DNA of 49,436 nt, from contig CAZVKP010000001.1 of the NCBI GenBank assembly GCA_964627635.1, positions 1-49,436 on the forward strand, given 5' to 3'. Source of the DNA: an uncultured Calditrichaceae bacterium (GTDB lineage: Bacteria; Calditrichota; Calditrichia; RBG-13-44-9). Positions 47,847 to 49,436 of this stretch are shown here, in pieces. A program made the translations under genes and the position numbers. Position 1 is the first letter of the stretch. Each line of letters begins with the position of its first letter. The notes beneath the pieces were generated by a model. The model was not told where the DNA came from and did not search any database. It worked only from the letters and a program-made list of their open reading frames with translations.

Positions 47847-49436
47847 AATGAAAGCCTTTCATACCATTGCTGTTCCCCACAAGGATATTTTGGAAGGGCG
47901 TCTCACCATGGATGTGTATGCCGCGGAATTATGGGATGTGTATAAACAACGGGGAACTGACGAATATAAAGACAAAGAGACCTTTTTCAACAAAACCTAT
48001 CGCACTCAGGGTATGGAAAATTTACTGGATACGGTCAAAAAGCGACTGGATGGTAAAGGCGGCGATCCGGTGATTCAGCTCCAGACACCGTTTGGCGGGG
48101 GAAAAACCCATTCGCTCATTGCTATTTTTCACAAAGCTTCTGAGTGGGGTGTTAAACCGGTGGTCATTGTTGGTGAAAAATTAAAAACCGGAAGCCGCGC
48201 CGAAGCATTTGATACGGTTTGGGGAATCGTAGAAGAACAATTAACAGGATCAAAAAAAGAATTTGATTCGCCCATACCACCGGGTGGGGATCAAATGAGG
48301 GAAATGTTAGAAACGCATCAACCGGTATTAATACTCATTGATGAGATGATACCCTACTTAAATTACGCTGATGCTGTAACAGTGGAAAATAAATCATTAA
48401 CATCTCTCACCCTCACTTTTTTGCACAATTTAACCAATGTGGTGAGTCAATTACCCAACGTGGCACTGGTGTTCACCACCACACCCAGTAATCCATACGA
48501 TCGGACTTCGCGTGGGGAAGAAATTGTTCATCAACTGCAAAATATTACTGCTCGCCGGGAAATAATTAAGACGCCGGTGAGCGATGAAGAAATTTCGCAC
48601 ATTATCCGAAGGCGGCTTTTTAGTCAGTTAAATGAAAGCGAGGCGAAGAAGGTTGTTTTGTCATTTATGGATTACGCCGAGAAAGAGAATATTTTACCGG
48701 GAAATATGGAATCCAGTCAATATCGTGATTCCTTTCTGAACTCCTATCCGTTTTTACCGGAAGTGATCAATGTGTTGTATCATCGATGGGGGAGCTTCCC
48801 AAAGTTCCAGCGGACGAGGGGTGTTTTGCGTCTTCTTTCATTAGTTATCCACAGCTTAAAAGAAACCAATATCCCATATATCAGTCTGGCAGATTTTGAT
48901 CTATCCAACCATGAAATTCGCCAGGAACTCATTCGTCACACCGGTCAGGAATTCAACGGAATAATCGCATCGGATATAACGGATAAGAATTCCGGTTCCC
49001 GGATTGTGGATATGTCCTTGGGTAAATCTTACAAAGGATTAAAATTAGGAACCCGAACAGCAACCTCAACTTTTATGTATTCTTTTTCCGGGGGATCGGA
49101 ACGTGGCGCAACGACGCCCGAAATCAAACTCTCGGCAACCACACTGGACAATCCGGCAAGTATGATCTCAGATGCTCTGGATCAGTTAAAACGCAAGCTG
49201 TTTTATTTACAAGCCAAAGATAAATACTATTTTAGCAACGTTCCCAACCTGAATTTAATTCATTTCACAAAAATGGAAAATGTAAAAGAGGAGGATATAG
49301 AAAATTTAGAAATGGAACTGTTAAAGCAAAGCATCAAAGGGGATCGATTGCAGGTTTTCTTACAGGAAGAAAATTCAGCAAATATTCCGGATACTGACCG
49401 TCTAAAATTGGTTGTTTTACAAAAGGAAAATCAGGA
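47847..49436 (+). CDS. DUF499-family ATPase, 5' part (the gene runs off the window end)
   Basis: This frame is not in the ORF track because it has no stop. I translated it by hand as open from the ATG at 47847 to the window edge. It contains TIAVPHKDILEGRLTMDVYAAELWDV, Walker A TPFGGGKTHS, Walker B LILIDEM and YPFLPEVINVLYHRWGSFPKFQRTRGVLRLL. Confidence 0.8.

Noticed and set aside
47867-48073. A 68-aa ORF listed in the track at the start of the last gene
   Set aside because: It is out of frame with the stop-free DUF499 reading frame (47847 to the window end), which has Walker A/B and conserved DUF499 motifs.

Overview
A 49.4 kb AT-rich bacterial window, about 38-42% GC by eye. It probably comes from the FCB superphylum: it has a PorV-like protein, a T9SS C-terminal sorting domain, DUF5683-like proteins and a short ~285-aa primary sigma factor. 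No rRNA, tRNA, CRISPR array, transposase or integrase was recognised by eye. Contents in order: (1) the 3' end of a glycoside hydrolase gene. (2) A bacterial microcompartment (BMC) locus of the sugar-phosphate-utilisation (SPU) kind at 1213-7167: an RpiB-DERA fusion, an acylating aldehyde dehydrogenase, one BMC-H, two BMC-T and three BMC-P genes. (3) Housekeeping genes (rpoD-like sigma, GlmM/PMM-family mutase, pyrimidine-nucleoside phosphorylase). (4) An outer-membrane/T9SS-related cluster: PorV-like protein, a frameshifted M6-like cargo gene with a T9SS tail, a metalloprotease/PD40/Omp85-like fusion, and two DUF5683-like paralogs. (5) Housekeeping genes (RmlD-like reductase, PfkB kinase, argS, rsfS, LytR_C protein, pepA, CpsB-like phosphatase, membrane Fe-S oxidoreductase). 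(6) An aroF-aroA-aroC/chorismate mutase-tyrA operon preceded by a textbook-looking leader-peptide attenuator; the leader MTTESKKYFSIYYFWYYYGAI carries 9 aromatic codons. (7) An SDR gene and a Gly-rich repeat surface protein. (8) A defence island from 38733 to the window edge. It reads SNF2 helicase with a DUF3883-like nuclease tail, AAA/ABC-type ATPase, 206-aa partner, DUF1156 Zn-ribbon methyltransferase, DUF4258/YgiT toxin-antitoxin pair, orphan MNT antitoxin, then a truncated DUF499 ATPase. The first four genes overlap one another. The methyltransferase gene is a striking GC mosaic and carries an in-frame GC-rich insert. The defence island and the aromatic attenuator are the most interesting items. 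All family assignments are by eye from motifs; no database search was run.
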